Assembly (NCBI GenBank): GCA_963715865.1
Contig: OY970280.1
Location: 1,248,001 to 1,312,000 of the forward strand
DNA: 64,000 nt
Source of the DNA: Candidatus Bathyarchaeota archaeon
Lineage (GTDB): Archaea > Thermoproteota > Bathyarchaeia > Bathyarchaeales > Bathycorpusculaceae
Direction of reading: 5' to 3'
The notes under the pieces were generated by a model. It saw nothing but the letters and a program-made list of their open reading frames with translations. It ran no database searches and was not told the DNA's origin. This document shows positions 56,064 to 64,000 of this stretch, in pieces. Position 1 is the first letter of the stretch. Each line of letters starts with the position of its first letter. Position numbers and translations under genes: made by a program.

Positions 56064-57032
56064 ATGACTAGCAACCGCCTTAATGACAGCAACGAATTTG
56101 TTGTTCTTCGCAACGTGACGAAAAGCTTCGGTAGTTTCCGCGCATTAAACGGCATATCCTTCGGGATAAAAGAAGGAGAAATCTTTGGTTACATTGGTCC
56201 CAACGGTGCTGGAAAAACCACCACTATGAAAATCCTTGTTGGCTTAATCAGCGATTTCCAAGGCGAAGTGTCTATAGGCGGATACCAAGTGCCAAAGAAG
56301 AAGGACGAAATTCATAAACTGCTGGGTTATCTTCCCCAGACCGTTGCCTTCCAAGAGTGGCGCACCGTGAACCACGCACTTAAGACGCTTGGGAAGCTTT
56401 CAGGTCTAAGCGATGCGGAAGTTGAAGGACGTATTCCTAAGATTTTGGATTTGCTCGGTTTAGCCGATGTGCGGCACAAGAAGATTTCTCAGTTGTCTGG
56501 CGGCATGACCCAGAAGGTTGGGTTGGCGCAGGCGCTTCTTCATGAGCCGAAGCTTCTGGTTTTGGATGAGCCGCTGGGTGGGTTGGACCCGCTGAGCCGC
56601 CACCAGTTTAAGGATATTGTTTTGAAACTTGGACAGAAAGGCACTACCGTCCTGTTTTCCTCGCATATTCTCAGTGACGTCCAAGATCTTGCTGACCGAA
56701 TCGGCATTATAAATCGCGGAAAAATCAAGCAGGTTGGCACGTTGAACGAGTTGAAGTCCCGTTTGTCCTCTCAGAAGACTGTTGAAGTCCTGCTGTCGTA
56801 TGTCAGCGACAAATGGCAGGAATTTGGCGCCATCAAGAACGTGAGGGGTGTGGAGCAGCCTTCGCCTGGCAGAGTCTTGGTGAATCTTGAAACGAGCGCG
56901 GATGAAGACCAAGTTGTTAACGACATTGTTCAAAGCATAGTCAAGTTGGGCATTCGCGTACGAGGCATCACTTTGTTGGAACCTTCGCTGGATGAAATTT
57001 ACCTCAACTATGTTCAGGAGGCAGAGAACTGA
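56064..57032 (+). CDS. ABC transporter ATP-binding protein
   Basis: GPNGAGKTT, LSGGMTQK, LDEP, SSH. Confidence 0.93.
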   Translation: MTSNRLNDSNEFVVLRNVTKSFGSFRALNGISFGIKEGEIFGYIGPNGAGKTTTMKILVGLISDFQGEVSIGGYQVPKKKDEIHKLLGYLPQTVAFQEWRTVNHALKTLGKLSGLSDAEVEGRIPKILDLLGLADVRHKKISQLSGGMTQKVGLAQALLHEPKLLVLDEPLGGLDPLSRHQFKDIVLKLGQKGTTVLFSSHILSDVQDLADRIGIINRGKIKQVGTLNELKSRLSSQKTVEVLLSYVSDKWQEFGAIKNVRGVEQPSPGRVLVNLETSADEDQVVNDIVQSIVKLGIRVRGITLLEPSLDEIYLNYVQEAEN

Positions 57033-57691
57033 TGAAACTCGGGCTACTTTTTGTGGACGAGTTGCGGGGATTCTACAAGTCTAAAGTCATGATTTTCCTG
57101 TGGATAGGCTTGCCTATAATTGCGTTGCTGTTTCGCTTCGTGTCGGAAAGCAGTTCGAATATTCCGTTTACTCTTGTTTCTTCAATTGTAGTTTCTAGCC
57201 TAGCGGGAACTTTGGCTTCAGTCATGCTTGCGGTCTTCATAATTAACGAGAAAAACAGGCACGTCTACGAGCTGTTCCTGATTAGACCTTTAAAACGGAG
57301 AGACATCATACTGGCAAAGTTCTTCTCCGTGTACACCTGCGTCGCCATTGCGAGTCTCATAGCAGTTTTGGCAGGAATGATAACGGATTACGCCACCACG
57401 GGCACGTTGTCCATGACGATTCTGAACAATGCGGGGCAGTCTTTGGCAACAAGCTTATCGATGATTGCGGTTTCATGTGCTGCTGGAGTGCTTATCGGAG
57501 TCGCTTCACCCTCTGTTCTGGTCGGAGCCATACTGGTCATTTATGGTGGAAACCAGATTTCAGTTATTCCGCTGGTGCCGACTCTGCTCAGCTTACAAGA
57601 CGCAACAGTGTTCACAATTGTCCTTGCAGGGGCTACGGCTGCGGGGTTGCTTGCTGCAGCAGTAGCATTGTTTGAAAGAAAACAGTTCTGA
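57032..57691 (+). CDS. ABC-2 type permease
   Basis: IINEK..VYELFLIRPLKRRDIILAKF; six TMs. Confidence 0.82.
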   Translation: MKLGLLFVDELRGFYKSKVMIFLWIGLPIIALLFRFVSESSSNIPFTLVSSIVVSSLAGTLASVMLAVFIINEKNRHVYELFLIRPLKRRDIILAKFFSVYTCVAIASLIAVLAGMITDYATTGTLSMTILNNAGQSLATSLSMIAVSCAAGVLIGVASPSVLVGAILVIYGGNQISVIPLVPTLLSLQDATVFTIVLAGATAAGLLAAAVALFERKQF

Positions 57692-57820
57692 GAGCAAGGC
57701 AAGGCGGCCTGTCGTGCTCTCTGGCAGCTATTCCCCTCTTTATGTAGAGTTTAGAATTTAGAAAAGCAATTTTGTGAAAAAAGTAAGATTTGGAAAAGAA
57801 GATATAGATTGGTGTGGCGG

Positions 57821-60286
57821 TTACGGTTTCTTCCAGCGTTTAAGCATGTTCTCCAGCGTTGGCTTCAGTTTGGCGTTTTCTGCCATTATCTTTTCTTTGC
57901 CAAGTGCCTTCATGTTTGCGTCGATTTCTTTGATGACTTCAGCGTAGTGTATGCCTTCCGCTGCAGAGATGTACTCGACCGTGAATCGTTCGGGGCTCAG
58001 GCCCAGCTTGGTCAACATGCCTTTTAGCGCGTCGGTTCGGGCTTTCATCTTGTAGTTTCCGCTGATATAGTGGCAGTCGTAGGGCAAGTGGCAAGCGCCA
58101 ACCAGCACCATGCCTGCACCAAGTCTGAAAGCCTCAAGGATGAATTCTTTGTCAACTCTGCCGCTGCACATGACACGTATGGCTCGTACGCTGGGTGGGT
58201 ACTCGAATCGGCTTGTGCCTGCTAGGTCTGCTCCAGCGTAACTGCACCAGTTGCAGAGGATGGCTAGGATTTTTTCTTCCGGTTTATCCTCAAGTGCAGC
58301 TCGTATCTGAGCCATAATTTGCGCGTCAGTAAAGTGCATCTGGGTAATCGCATGTTGCGGGCATTCGGCAACGCATGTTCCGCAGCCGTGGCAGTTGGCG
58401 GTATTAATGTTTGCTGCTTTGCCCGGTTCGGCCTTGATAGCGCCGTATGGGCATTTGTCAACGCAGACACCGCATTTGGCTATTTTGTTTCTGCATTTGG
58501 TTTCATCAACTATCGAGATGATTGGTTCAATCTTCCACTTCTGCTTAGAAATAACAGTTGCTGCTCGTGAGGCTGCACCGCTTCCTTGCGAAACGCAGAA
58601 AGGAATGTCTTTCAAGCCTTGGCAAGCGCCAGCGTAGAAGACACCGTCAGTTGGAGCATCCATCGGTTTGAGTTTGGGGTGTGACTCCATGAAGAAACCA
58701 TCTGCACCACGCGACAGGTTCAGTATGCGTGCAATGTCCGCTGAACCCTTCTTAGGTATCGCTGCGGTGGCTAAAACCACCATGTCTGCTTCAACTTCGA
58801 TTGGTTGACCAAGGAGTGAGTCTTCTGAGTGAATGGTTAAATTGTGGGTTGTCGGGTCTTCGTCGATGCGGCTCACGCGTCCGCGGATGAAGTTTACGCC
58901 TCTTTCTCTTGCGCGGTCGTAGAATTCCTCGTAGCCTTTGCCTGGACTGCGTATGTCCATGTAGAAAACGTAGACTTCCACGTCTTCCTTGTACTTCTCT
59001 TTAATCTGAACCACATGTTTGAGCGTGTACATGCAGCAGAAGTTGCTGCAGTATGGGTACTTGTTCTTGTCTCGGCTGCCGACGCATTGGATGAATGCGA
59101 TTCTGTGTGGTTTTTGACCGTCTGATTGCCTGATGACTTTGCCGCCTGTTGGACCAGCAGCCAAAATGAGCCTTTCGAATTCCATGCTTGTGATGACGTT
59201 GGGGTATTTCCCGTAACCCAAAAGCGGCATGTCGTATGGTAAGTAAACATCAAAGCCTGTCGAGACGATTATTGCGCCAACGTCTATTTCGACTTCCTCA
59301 GGCTTCTGGTCGAAATCGATGGCTTGTCTGTCACCGCAAGCATCTACACATTTGAAGCATTCAATGCAATAATCCTTATTAACAGCATAAATCAGCGGCA
59401 CCGTCTGGTCGAACGGGACTGAAATTGCTTTGCGTGTGCCCAAGTTCATGTCCCACTCGTTGGGGTACTCTATTGGGCAAGCATCCTTGCATTCACCGCA
59501 ACCTGTGCAGCGTTCAGGTATGACATAGCGTGGGTTCTTGCGGATTTTTACTTTGAAGTTGCCAATGTAACCATCAGCTTTAACAATTTCGGAGTTAGCG
59601 AAGATTGTGATGTTGGGGTGACGACCGCAATCTACCATTTTTGGTCCTTCAATGCAGATGCTGCAGTCAAGTGTCGGGAAGGTTTTGTCCAGTGCTGCCA
59701 TGTGTCCGCCGATGCTTTGCGTGTTTTCAAGCATGTAGACTTTGAAGTTCATTTCAGCCAGGTCTAAGGCAGCGTTCATGCCTGCGATTCCTCCACCGAT
59801 AATGAGGGCTTTGTTGGTGACTGGCACCTCGATGGTTTGCAGAGGCATCATTAACCGAGCTTTTGCTACTGCCATGCGAACGGCATCTTTTGCTCGTTCT
59901 GTAGCTTCTTGTGGAGTGTTCTGGTGGCACCATGAAGCGAATTCTCGGATGTTAGCCATCTCGAAAAGGAACGGGTTTAAACCTGCTTCTGAAACTGTGC
60001 GCCTGAATGTGGGTTCGTGCATTCTTGGTGAGCAAGCGGCAACGATAACACGGTTGAGTTTCTGCTCGCGGATGGCTTTTCGGATTTCTTCTTGTCCTGG
60101 GTCAGCGCATGTGTAACGGTTTTCTTTGACGTATACGACGTCCGGAATGGTTTTAGCGTACTCGACAACTTGTTTAACGTCTACTGTGCCTGCGATGTTT
60201 AAGCCGCAGTCGCAGACGAAAACGCCGACTCGTAGCTCTTCAGGCTTTGGGGTTTCGGGTTGTTTGGGAGTTTGTGGTGTGCTCAT
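57821..60286 (-). CDS. hdrA: Heterodisulfide reductase subunit A fused to C-terminal MvhD domain
   Basis: VFVCDCG, ACSPRMHE, IGGGIAG, CVGSRD..YCSNFCC, ferredoxin motifs; MvhD CNWCSYAGAD..RVMCSGRV..CHY. Confidence 0.95.
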   Translation of the reverse strand: MSTPQTPKQPETPKPEELRVGVFVCDCGLNIAGTVDVKQVVEYAKTIPDVVYVKENRYTCADPGQEEIRKAIREQKLNRVIVAACSPRMHEPTFRRTVSEAGLNPFLFEMANIREFASWCHQNTPQEATERAKDAVRMAVAKARLMMPLQTIEVPVTNKALIIGGGIAGMNAALDLAEMNFKVYMLENTQSIGGHMAALDKTFPTLDCSICIEGPKMVDCGRHPNITIFANSEIVKADGYIGNFKVKIRKNPRYVIPERCTGCGECKDACPIEYPNEWDMNLGTRKAISVPFDQTVPLIYAVNKDYCIECFKCVDACGDRQAIDFDQKPEEVEIDVGAIIVSTGFDVYLPYDMPLLGYGKYPNVITSMEFERLILAAGPTGGKVIRQSDGQKPHRIAFIQCVGSRDKNKYPYCSNFCCMYTLKHVVQIKEKYKEDVEVYVFYMDIRSPGKGYEEFYDRARERGVNFIRGRVSRIDEDPTTHNLTIHSEDSLLGQPIEVEADMVVLATAAIPKKGSADIARILNLSRGADGFFMESHPKLKPMDAPTDGVFYAGACQGLKDIPFCVSQGSGAASRAATVISKQKWKIEPIISIVDETKCRNKIAKCGVCVDKCPYGAIKAEPGKAANINTANCHGCGTCVAECPQHAITQMHFTDAQIMAQIRAALEDKPEEKILAILCNWCSYAGADLAGTSRFEYPPSVRAIRVMCSGRVDKEFILEAFRLGAGMVLVGACHLPYDCHYISGNYKMKARTDALKGMLTKLGLSPERFTVEYISAAEGIHYAEVIKEIDANMKALGKEKIMAENAKLKPTLENMLKRWKKP

Positions 60287-61218
60287 TTCACTGTCTCCTC
60301 TAAAACGAATCTTTTGGAAACTACTTTGCGCCTATTCTCATCAGCTTGGGTTTTTAATTCTTTTACTGCGTCGTGTGGTGAGGTTAGTCTTTCTAATGCT
60401 TTGTTCCATGCGCCTGAGTGGATGGGTGTGTGGTGTATTTTTGTGCGTTTAACTGTTAATGCTTCATCTACTGGGCAAACGTTTTTGCATGCGCCACAGT
60501 AAGTGCAGTATAACTCGTTAACGTGAACTTTCTTGTCTTCGCCAAGCGTTAATGCTCCTGTGATGGGGCAAACGTCTAGGCAGTCTGTGCAGCCTTCAGG
60601 GCATTTCTCCTGATTAATGGCGATTATTCCTTCAAAGGCTTTTTTGACTTTTAATGTGCCTGGACTGCATTTGAATTCGCATACTCTGCAGGTTGGGCAG
60701 TAATCTTTTTGGATGTCAAGGTTGACTTGGACGCGTTTTTTCTGGCTCGGTGATAAGGCTTCTATGTTTTCGACTGGTTTGCCATCATAACCAATTTTAG
60801 AAATTTTTATGAGTGATAGTGGGCATGCGGTTTCGCATTCTACACATTCCTTCTGGCACTGGCGAGTATCGACTTTTATGTCTCGAACTAGTTGCGGGTA
60901 ACTTTCTTTCGCCAAGATAGAAAGGTCATGTGTACCATTCAAGGTAACTTTGATTGCGCCATAAGGACAGGTAACATCGCAGATTCCGCAGAAGTTGCAT
61001 TTTGTCAAGTCAATGTCCACTTTGGCTTTTTTGGCCTTTTCCCCTTGAATTTTAGGTTGCTTTTGTGTTTTTATGGCTTCTTTAGGGCAGGCTAAACTGC
61101 ATATTTGGCAGCCAACACAGCGGTTTTTGTCAAGGGTTAACTTGTAATTTTTAACTTGCAAGACCCATTCTAACGTTAGGGCATCTGCCGCATCTTTCTT
61201 CACGGTTTTTAACGGCAT
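60283..61218 (-). CDS. Polyferredoxin (about six [4Fe-4S] motifs; FwdF-like)
   Basis: Six CxxCxxCxxxC(P)-type motifs; ATGA overlap with hdrA. Confidence 0.85.
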   Translation of the reverse strand: MPLKTVKKDAADALTLEWVLQVKNYKLTLDKNRCVGCQICSLACPKEAIKTQKQPKIQGEKAKKAKVDIDLTKCNFCGICDVTCPYGAIKVTLNGTHDLSILAKESYPQLVRDIKVDTRQCQKECVECETACPLSLIKISKIGYDGKPVENIEALSPSQKKRVQVNLDIQKDYCPTCRVCEFKCSPGTLKVKKAFEGIIAINQEKCPEGCTDCLDVCPITGALTLGEDKKVHVNELYCTYCGACKNVCPVDEALTVKRTKIHHTPIHSGAWNKALERLTSPHDAVKELKTQADENRRKVVSKRFVLEETVK

Positions 61219-61474
61219 TTATTTTACCGCCAAGAGGTTTTCATAAGCGTAGTACAAATTGGTCCAACGCCTGACAGGTTAGTTAAAATGATTTCATTGC
61301 AGTGCTTTCGATATAAATATTGCTTGAAAAAACTCATACTTTCAACATAACAAAACCACTATCCAGAGCCTGAAAGAAAACCAAAAATGAGGGCAAACTG
61401 ATGCTCTGTGCAGTCTATAGCTCATCTTGTATGTAGTTACTTTTATGGAATAGGCTCTTGATGCGCTTTTATGT

Positions 61475-62131
61475 TCAGCCTTTAGAGTTTATTGGAGGTT
61501 TGAACCTTTGTTTGTATATGGAAAGGAGTGCTTTTAGAACTGCTATGCTGAAGAGCACAAGGTAAAACAGGTGCGCTATTGCTAGAAAAGGCTCTGTCGT
61601 AAGTAATGGTGCGCTAAATGGGTAGCCGATTGTTGTCGGTAGCAAAACTGTGAAGATAGGGATAATCAATATGAGGTTGGACTTGTTGTTTGTGAAGAAA
61701 ACTTTCCAGTCATTAGTTTTGTATAAGACGACGGTTGCTATGGTGAATAAAGTTAATTCAAGAACTATGTTTATTGGGTTAAAAATGCTGATGTAGTAAG
61801 ACCCTAACTCTTGAAGCCCAAACTGGGTTGTTGATAAAGGCCAAAGCAGTTGCACATGTCCGCCTATGAAGAAGTCCCCTATAAGCGAATGTGAAATTAA
61901 CGCTAGAAAGTAGGGTATCGCTTTTTTGCGATAAACAATAAAGAACGGAATAAAAGCTATAATTGCGACTACCACTGAATGGGATGGGCCTCTGTGAAGT
62001 TGGGCTCCGGTTAACAAATCGAAAATTATGTCTATGTCAGGGATTATGGAAAGAACCAGCAGTAGCGGAATGTTAGGTTTAATTCGCAGCGGCTTTGAGG
62101 AACCTTTACCTAAGAGGTACGCCAATGCCAT
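61475..62131 (-). CDS. Metal-dependent hydrolase (YdjM/DUF457-like) membrane protein
   Basis: PDID, HRGPSHS, SHSLIGD; true start may lie upstream. Confidence 0.82.
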   Translation of the reverse strand: MALAYLLGKGSSKPLRIKPNIPLLLVLSIIPDIDIIFDLLTGAQLHRGPSHSVVVAIIAFIPFFIVYRKKAIPYFLALISHSLIGDFFIGGHVQLLWPLSTTQFGLQELGSYYISIFNPINIVLELTLFTIATVVLYKTNDWKVFFTNNKSNLILIIPIFTVLLPTTIGYPFSAPLLTTEPFLAIAHLFYLVLFSIAVLKALLSIYKQRFKPPINSKG

Positions 62132-62354
62132 GTGCCCGACAGCGAACGAAGCGGTTTTCCTCCTTTAGACCGAGATTTCAGTTTGCTTGGCTATTAAGCG
62201 TATGGGTTTTAATCAATTTAGGTGAACGTCAGCCGCAACTAAAATAGTTGGCAGAATAACTGACGAACACGATTTATGCTAAAAATAGATACAGTTTAGT
62301 TTAGTCTTGACGCTTCTTCCATAATATTTTGCCTTTTATTGAAGGAAACAGCAA

Positions 62355-62579
62355 TCAAAGAATACCCATAATGCGCATGATAACCGCAACGAAAAAGCAT
62401 AAACCGCACCCAATAGCAGCCATCCGTAAAAGATGCCTATCAATGGCAACTCTTGCAGAATACCCAGGCGACGCATATAACAATTCAGAGGTAATAAGAA
62501 GTATTATAGCCGTCACTGCAAGCCATAAAGCAAAGAGTAAACAAGCAAAAGAATTCCTACGGCTAAAAACACCCTGCAA
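62355..62579 (-). CDS. Small two-TM protein
   Basis: 74-aa ORF with two hydrophobic helices. Confidence 0.5.
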   Translation of the reverse strand: MQGVFSRRNSFACLLFALWLAVTAIILLITSELLYASPGYSARVAIDRHLLRMAAIGCGLCFFVAVIMRIMGIL

Positions 62580-62727
62580 TCCTTAATGAACCACGACTTT
62601 TTTTACGTACACGTTTCAACCATAAAACCTTCTTCCTTTTTAATGTCACATCAAAAACAAGCTGCTTTGCCTTTTTTGAAATAATAAATGATACGTTGGG
62701 TTTAAGGTTTATGACAAAGCTCAATTG

Positions 62728-63999
62728 CTATGGAGCCAAAACTTTCTTAGCATTATTTTCCTTACACATTTTCCGCATAAATAGCAAAGGAATATCTAAA
62801 ATTTTTGAAACTACGCCCAAGCCGGAAAACATAGCTTTGAAATTATCAATGTCTGCTCGGTTGACAGCACCAAGAAGCGGAGCACTAGCCAAGTAAACCA
62901 CCAAGAAAACGACGAAACCAGTTACCAGCGTAATCCAATAGGCTAAACTGAAAAGATTAATGAACAAATAAGTTACCACGGAAGCAATCGCTGATGAAGC
63001 AAAAATCTTGGCGGAAATGCGAAAGCCAGCTTTAACCCTGTAGTGTTTCCAACTCCAATAAAGTCCCCAGACAACATTGGGTGTACTGGCAATAAGAGTA
63101 CCGAGTATACCGCCAATCACAGCAAAGGATGGCCCACCAATTGAATAGAAGTATGAAACCAAAAAGTACGCAAACGGCAAACCAACGGCGAGAGATAAAA
63201 TGCTTTGTTTCATCACCTGATTTGTTTTTCCAATACCAGTTTGAAAAGTTCCCAAGCTAATATTACCCACTAAAACAAGCAAGTTGACTATGGACGAAAG
63301 CGCCAAAAACATAGGTGCATAAGGAAACTTAGGTTCCGCATTTACAACGAATAAAGACGCCATTATTCCATTTTTAGGAAACAAAGTGTTAATCAACGGA
63401 GTTGAAAGCGTAATCAAAATCATTGTTGCAGGCACCAGAAGCATAGAAGTGTACTTGACTGAAGAAGCAAAAACCATTTTCACGAGTTCAGGCTCCTTTT
63501 CAGGATTTAATTTAGAGAAAACTGGAAACAACGCCGTTGCAACTGGAAAAGAAATGAACGTTAGAAGAACAGAGAAGTAAGCGGCAGCATAATAATTACC
63601 CATCATCCATTTTCCAGCGTAAACTGCCATTGTAAAAGCGAAAACTTGCGGTAACACACCAATCACGATACTTGAAACAGTAAGTGGCAGCCCATAGCTT
63701 AACATTGGCTTTAAAGTTCGCTTGACATCACATGTGCCAACTTTACACTTACGCAATGGCCTGAACAAAGAAAAGTAAACAATGAGTATGGCAACAACGC
63801 TGCCTGCAAGAATTGAACCCATGGCAGCATATACTGCACCCAACACGCCGAAGCCAAGAATAACTAAGAATGGACCAAGAGCAGTCTTAACGATGGCTGA
63901 AAAAATTTGAGTGAAACTGTTAAGTTTCATCCTTTCAAAACCAACAAAGATGCCGCCAGCTGCACCAGAAATGGCGCCTGCAAAAACAGAAAGCGCCAT
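62728..63999 (-). CDS. MOP-superfamily flippase / polysaccharide export protein, 5' end outside the window
   Basis: Many TMs, SYGLPL, GNYYAA, ALFPVFS. Confidence 0.85.
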   Translation of the reverse strand: MALSVFAGAISGAAGGIFVGFERMKLNSFTQIFSAIVKTALGPFLVILGFGVLGAVYAAMGSILAGSVVAILIVYFSLFRPLRKCKVGTCDVKRTLKPMLSYGLPLTVSSIVIGVLPQVFAFTMAVYAGKWMMGNYYAAAYFSVLLTFISFPVATALFPVFSKLNPEKEPELVKMVFASSVKYTSMLLVPATMILITLSTPLINTLFPKNGIMASLFVVNAEPKFPYAPMFLALSSIVNLLVLVGNISLGTFQTGIGKTNQVMKQSILSLAVGLPFAYFLVSYFYSIGGPSFAVIGGILGTLIASTPNVVWGLYWSWKHYRVKAGFRISAKIFASSAIASVVTYLFINLFSLAYWITLVTGFVVFLVVYLASAPLLGAVNRADIDNFKAMFSGLGVVSKILDIPLLFMRKMCKENNAKKVLAP

Positions 64000-64000
64000 T

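Noticed and set aside
1-64000. CRISPR array, transposase or integrase
   Set aside because: No regularly spaced repeat-spacer units and no DDE, Y1 or tyrosine-recombinase motifs seen in any ORF.
1-64000. Many 60-170-aa antisense or alternate-frame ORFs in the track (e.g. 42316..42834, 56460..56933, 31885..32310)
   Set aside because: They lie within well-supported genes and show no motifs; shadow ORFs.

Overview
Archaeal chromosomal window, most consistent with Bathyarchaeia (TACK). This assignment is inferred from mch, an HdrA-MvhD fusion, an eL22 homologue, Kelch/Ig/FxLYD surface proteins, a multi-intron tRNA and a stand-alone 5S rRNA. Content is mostly housekeeping (trpS, pheST, rps12, rps7, rpl12, map, DRG GTPase, ino1, PGI/PMI), C1/redox genes (mch, citG, polyferredoxin-hdrA-mvhD, Rieske ferredoxin, DUF362, LipS1-like radical SAM), four ABC-2 exporter pairs and TA/AbrB genes. 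RNA genes are four tRNAs (Trp with two introns, Ala, Ile, Arg), 5S rRNA and a box C/D sRNA whose D guide points to 16S C1402. I found no CRISPR array, transposase or integrase. The best candidate for an undescribed system is three paralogous nucleotidyltransferases next to citG and near mch; my hypothesis is a CitG/CitX-like module for the unassigned last steps of methanopterin-type cofactor synthesis. Other highlights: a Cys-rich AbrB-fold (HgcC-like) gene coupled to arsM; a 20-bp micro-inversion between 12-bp inverted repeats that switches off an SRPBCC gene; an 18-bp inverted repeat around a wHTH cassette; and a two-copy CDGC...CPDGTAH microprotein family missed by the ORF track, one copy with a structured leader. 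All family assignments come from motif recognition by eye, not database searches.
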